Source: Trichoplax adhaerens
Taxonomy: Eukaryota; Animalia; Placozoa
Reading direction: 5' to 3'
Length of the DNA: 64,000 nucleotides
Assembly: GCF_000150275.1 (NCBI RefSeq)
Contig: NW_002060951.1
Coordinates: forward strand, 1,188,297-1,252,296
Position numbers and translations under genes: made by a program. This document shows, one piece after another, positions 58,801-64,000 of the stretch (within the stretch, counting starts at the first letter, position 1; every line of letters begins with the position of its first letter). The notes beneath the pieces were generated by a model, which saw only the letters and a program-made list of their open reading frames with translations, ran no database searches and had not been told where the DNA came from.

Positions 58801-60512
58801 TACTGCAAGCTTTAGTCTTACCTGCATCATATAACTGCGCTAGCGAACGAACGTTCTGCGTAATCATCTGTAGACTCTTATTTACCTACAAAAAATACAC
58901 ATACGCGTATAATGTAGATGCAAGGCTATTCATTTTTTACTGCTGATGAAATTAGTTTATGATAGCGGTATGTACTCGCTATTGTTAGATTGTAATCAAG
59001 AATTGAAGATCCATGGTAGTTGGTTTGACTTTGGATAGTAAGAAAATTATTTACTTTTTTATTTGCTTCCTCATTTTCTTGTGCTATGTTGTTATTTTCT
59101 TGCCTTTTCAAATTATTCAAGTCTACCAGGGGATCCAATTTATGGGAGAGTGAAATTTGGTGAATACTAGAATTGAAAACGAGATAACAGTAATGCAACC
59201 AACGGATATTATAAGATCTCTAAAGCTATAGTCAATGATTGCCAGCATAGTAAGATCGTTCTATAGAACTGTATTGTAGAATCCAAGAAATGCCATGTAA
59301 AGCAAAGCATTCTCGTATTTGCATTCTACGAAGGCTACGATCGTTTTTATTTTGTTTATGACATGGCCGGTAATTCCATTTCTAGTCTTACTTCAAAGCA
59401 TTCCTGTGATTGATAATTTTAGCCTTGTATGCCTTCGCTGTAGCAATTTCCTTACGTAATGCATGTAAATCGGCCCTAGAATAGCATCCATGGAGAGAGA
59501 GAGAGATAGTATCGTAAGACGCAATATACTGAGTGAACTATAGTAATGGATTGATATATCACTGTTCACTGGATTGGACTATTATGAAGTACGGTCGAAA
59601 CGAAGGTTCGCATACGTACAAAGTCACAAATTATTCTTGGACATAGAATGTTATTTCCATTAATTATAATGATCGAAACATTTCTACATAAGATACGGTT
59701 AACCAACCTTAGAAGATCTTCGCTTTCGTCTATTTGGGTTTCTTGGTCGGTTTGGTCAATAGTTTGTAATGCAGCTTCTAAATCTCTTCCCTACGGGTAT
59801 ATATACGCTCGTCGATTGATAGAGTATTGCAAACAGTGGATTTTACGCTTACGTTCCATTCAAAATAAAATCATCATCTCGAATCGATGTAACCGCAACT
59901 GTATGCATTGAACTGTGTGAACCTACCCTTAAGACTTTCTCTCCCTTTTCTGTCACAAGTTTCTCAAATCTATAGTATAAATCAACAGATGTATATTGGT
60001 TTAGCTAATATGATTTAATGCCGCCATTCTTCCTTATTGCATAATCCAACATGGACTACTCTACGTTAGTAGTCGATGTATCGAAACAATGTCGTATCTA
60101 AACTAAAATTGGGGGGAAAAAAATAGAGGACATCCAAGAAGTTACAAATTGAAACGAGTAGCACTAGATAGTGAGCTACTGATTTGTTTCAATGATTGAT
60201 GATTGGGTAATCTGTTATCGACAGCATCAATTAATAAATGATAATAATCCATCAGAATATTGAAACATACAACGTATTACTGATGAAAGGGTTCCTTTCC
60301 CGTTGTATCAAATGAACTAACCTATCTTTTTCTTCAGAACTTAGTACATTGTTATTATCGACACTATCGGCTAGCCAAGCAAGGAAAGATAGCATGGAAT
60401 CTTCTTCAAACAGCCATTCTAGACTGGCAGGTTGTAATTTTTGCCCAATGGGACAGCCTAGTTTGGTCAAATTCGTCAATAATTTGTCAATAACTTGATG
60501 TGCCGCCATCAT
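55886..60512 (-). CDS. HAUS3: HAUS augmin-like complex subunit 3, multi-exon
   Basis: N-terminus LTKLGCPIGQKLQPASLEWLFEEDSMLSFLAWLADSVDNNNVLSSEE matches the HAUS3 pattern L.K.G.P....L....F.WLFE...FL.W....V...NVLS. Internal PILRGDYDLKIARQNYFTSKQD and LEIEAKKLR; C-terminal FERRIFVLFLTDSNQL. Confidence 0.9.
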
Positions 60513-61185
60513 GGCGAAGAAAATAATGGATAGTCCTGAATAGAATGCAGAATGCACTGACAGCAATCATGTAGTCTTCAAACTTTCTGCTTATTAAGCT
60601 TACTGTACAGCGTTCATCAACGACTAATATAGCAAATGCTTCTCTTGTGATTCGTTGGCAATGATCACTTTGCCAACCGTGTACAGTACTACTGTTGATG
60701 ATTGCATCGACTTAGAAGCTTTAGTATAGCAAGCAGGCAACGTCGACTATACACTTTGCAACAGTGTACACCGTCTGTCCAGTATGGGCGAAAGACAATT
60801 TTTTATTAATAATTCATGAATTGATTGCATTTACCAAGATGTACTTCTATACCTGCGTATTCGTTTTATACACGCACTAGATTGGCAATTCCATCGGTTA
60901 TTTTCAAGGGTTAATTTTAAAGTAACGCTAAGACAGTTCAGCGTAGGAAGCTGCGTTTCTATGGACTACCAGTGCTAGAAGAAGCCCTTCTAGAAGGAGT
61001 CTATGGCAGTGAAAAGGATTTTGACAACATGATCATGCCAGCCACTTCATCCAACTCTAGTGGATACAGATTGAAGGGGTATATTTTTTTTGAATAGTAC
61101 TCTACTCTAATGATTGCTCTTCATGATGATATTGCAATTTTGAGTTTGAATTGCAAAGAATACCTCATGAATATCCAATCATGGC

Positions 61186-61426
61186 AGTTTTCTGGCTGTT
61201 AGCCATATCGTTGACTGTTATACAGTGGACCTATGCACACATATTGCACAGTCCACTTGTTGATGGTAAGCAAAACCTCTTTTCAAGGCATTTAATATCG
61301 AATCATCGTAGTTTTCTGGCTGTTAGCTCTATCGTTGACTGTTAACCAGTGGACCTATGGCGGCCTATGCACACACATTGCACAGTCCACTTGTTGATGG
61401 TTAGCAAAACCTCTTTTCAAGGCATT
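61186..61426. repeat. Tandem duplication, two copies of about 107-117 bp, period 124 bp
   Basis: AGTTTTCTGGCTGTTAGC...CACAGTCCACTTGTTGATGG...AGCAAAACCTCTTTTCAAGGCATT at 61186-61292 and 61310-61426. Confidence 0.9.
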
Positions 61427-61729
61427 CAAAGGCAGTCAGGCAAAGTAGAGCAATATCATTTTGCTATAAGATATTTTAATACAAGTATCCATGCAATGTA
61501 TATCAACCATTTCTAAACATGCAGTGAACTCCAAGATTCCATGTCGGTCAAAACTATTGCATTAGCCCGTTTTGGTTGTATTTTTGCTAGTTCAAGGATG
61601 CAAAAGGAAACTCAAATCGCTGTAGACTACAGTAGTGAGTTTGCGACATTTTTCAATTTACCGCCACTTTTGTGGGCATGCGTAGACTGTACGCCGTGCG
61701 GTACCGTAGTTGTCCAGATCTGACTCCAG

Positions 61730-62610
61730 CTTGTACTGTACAGTACAGTTACTACAGTACAAGCTTATAGAATTTCCTACAGTACAGTACTGTACAGTAG
61801 AGTAGAGTACTGTACACTGTACTGTACAGTACAGTACTCTAATTTTTGATTGGCGGTCATTGCAGACTTGTACAGTACTATACTTACCGTACTAGAGCAC
61901 GGTACGATACGGTACAGTACAGTACAGGACATCATCACAAGTTTTCCATTGGTGATACGGTACGGTGGCCCAGAAGGCTGAGGATGGAACGACACGTTTG
62001 CTGTACAGTACATTTTGAGTGGTACAGTACAAATGTACAGTACACTGAGTACAGTACAGTACTGTAAGCTAGCCCGAATTTTTGACACCCGATCTGGTAC
62101 TGTACCAGTACCAGATCGGGTTTCGAAATGAGATTTACAGTACTGGACTGAACTGTACACTGTAGAACCATCACAACTTCAATACTGTACAGTGTACAGT
62201 ACTTGACAGTACAGTATGCAGTGGTTGTGGTGATTGATGTACTGTACAGTACAGTACATTGTACAGTACTGTACTGTACTGTACGCTAGCCCGAATTTTG
62301 GACACCCGACCTGGTAACTGTACCAGTTACCAGATCGGGTTTAGAAATGAGATTTACAGTACTGGACTGTACTGTACACTGTAGAACCTTCAGGACCTCA
62401 ATACTGGACAGTGTACAGTACAGTACACTGTGGTTCTGGTGATGGATGGATGTACGGTACAGTATTGTACTGTAGACCGGACCGGCGTTCATTACAGTCA
62501 TGCCATGGAAATTCCAGTACAATGTACTGTACAGGACTACCATTGTACTGTACTGTACAGTACTGTACTGTACTGTCAAAAGGCCGTCCACAGTACAATA
62601 CACTGTAGCT
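61730..62610. repeat. Large ACAGT/TACTG satellite-like array containing a duplicated 217-bp unit with a GC-rich hairpin
   Basis: Dense CAGTA runs in both orientations. The unit CTAGCCCGAATTTT-GACACCCGA-CTGGTA...CCAGATCGGGTTT-GAAATGAGATTTACAGTACTGGACTG occurs at 62069 and 62286. Confidence 0.92.
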
Positions 62611-64000
62611 CACGGAACAGCGTGTACGGATTTGTATCCCTTCAACACTGACTTTGCAAAGTCAAAATCCTCTCGGCTCCATGCACATCTTGGTGTATGT
62701 GTATTGTACAACTGCAAAATTGCATTTTGGATTCTTCAACTGTATGAATTCTTGCCTGTGTTGCTTGTAATTGGTATCGCCATTGCGTATTTACCTTTGA
62801 CGTAATACAAATTGGGAAATTTCATCCATCTATCCAGGTTTGAAATGGTTGTCAAATAGCAAATCATAGTCGACTTGCTTTGCAAACTTGTTGTTCTTCT
62901 TGCTGTTATACTCTAGTCGGTTGCTTTTACAATTGCAACTGCATGCGACAGTACAGTACAGTAGTGTGTATCGGCATAACTCTTTGTCGTACTGTACTGA
63001 CGAGGACACCGCGACTAGTTTCATTTTCTACCCTTGCAAATAAGTCTCCATTCAATTCGATCATTTCATATTGGTTATTTCCTTCTTTCTTTTCATACTT
63101 GAAAGGATATTCAATTGACTCAAGGATTCCTCTATCCAATCATACAAAGAAGTAAAGGAAAAAAAAAAAAGCGACAAAAATGGCGGAAGGTCCGCGCCAA
63201 TTTCACATTGGGCCTGATGGTTTACCTTCCATTCAAAGGGTACAAACAACGTTCTCCAATTTTTATTCATCATCATCAGATACTCAACTAACTTAATATA
63301 CAGATTGAAATCAATTTACAAATCAAGGTCTACTGGCTTTTTACCATCAATCGATCCTAATAGTACAGTACAGTCATTTTATCATCAAGCACCACTAGAC
63401 TACCGTACTCTACTAGAAGTGCAGTAGTAATAATAAGAAGAACGATCGCCTTGACAGTTTTGGTCAAAAACATCATTGCAATCAAACGCTTTTACATTAC
63501 TTCAATATTATCTTTAGGCCATACTCGCTGACTAACTATACTATCAATCAAAAAGCAAGTCCATTCCCTTTCAGTTATTTTACTTACAATCAACCATGCT
63601 ATCATATCCTAAAGTTTACCTGTATAGAGATACACTAACAAGGAACAAGGTTGAAACTTTGCTTTTGTTCTTACCCTTGGTCATAGCTTAATAACAAATT
63701 CAACATGGTAAAACTCTATGTTAAAATATCTTTCAGTAATATTGAAGCCATAATGTCTCTCTCTATACCATATTTTACAGTCTTTCTCACTACAAAGACG
63801 TAGTAAACACGTTTTAGTAAAGCCATCGTCTTTTACTGCCCCACTTGATACCAGAGATCATGGATGCAATTTTCTTCTAAAAACTGTAGTTGATAAGTTA
63901 ATCAATCCTTTTTTCCTATCGACGTACTAAACTTGATTGTTGACCGACAGTAATACGTATATTACGGAATAAGTTTCTTACTAGGATGACAACTTACAGT

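Noticed and set aside
61777-63276. Many overlapping ORFs on both strands
   Set aside because: Mostly by-products of pentamer repeats with few stop codons; no recognisable domain or coherent exon chain.

Overview
Eukaryotic, very AT-rich, intron-containing genomic DNA from an early-branching animal. A placozoan (Trichoplax-like) source is inferred from a metazoan KANK gene, a fungal/Dictyostelium-type GH13_1 alpha-amylase, compact GT-AG introns and abundant ACAGT/TACTG pentamer arrays. Spliced genes reconstructed by hand: KANK-family ankyrin protein (+), secreted alpha-amylase (+), membralin/TMEM259 (+), MED4 (-), FBXW9 (+) and HAUS3 (-). A probable decayed class A GPCR sits at the left edge. 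The most notable region is about 22-39.4 kb, between amylase and membralin. It holds a co-oriented cluster of orphan secreted peptide-precursor-like genes (22456, 33826, 38032) with a common architecture: TATA box, non-coding first exon, intron, then AG|N-ATG and one coding exon. Two of them have clearly related signal peptides. All have dibasic processing sites, and 22456 ends in a C-terminal Gly (amidation signal). Decayed coding-like repeats lie at about 28.2-28.9 kb and 30.9-31.1 kb, and a frameshifted fossil tail follows the 38032 gene, suggesting a birth-and-death locus of neuropeptide-like or antimicrobial precursors. Two complex ACAGT-satellite arrays (41.5-42.3 kb, 61.7-62.6 kb) carry GC-rich hairpins, one with a compensatory indel and a Helitron-like hairpin+CTAG arrangement. 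Pentamer clusters concentrate upstream of the housekeeping genes.
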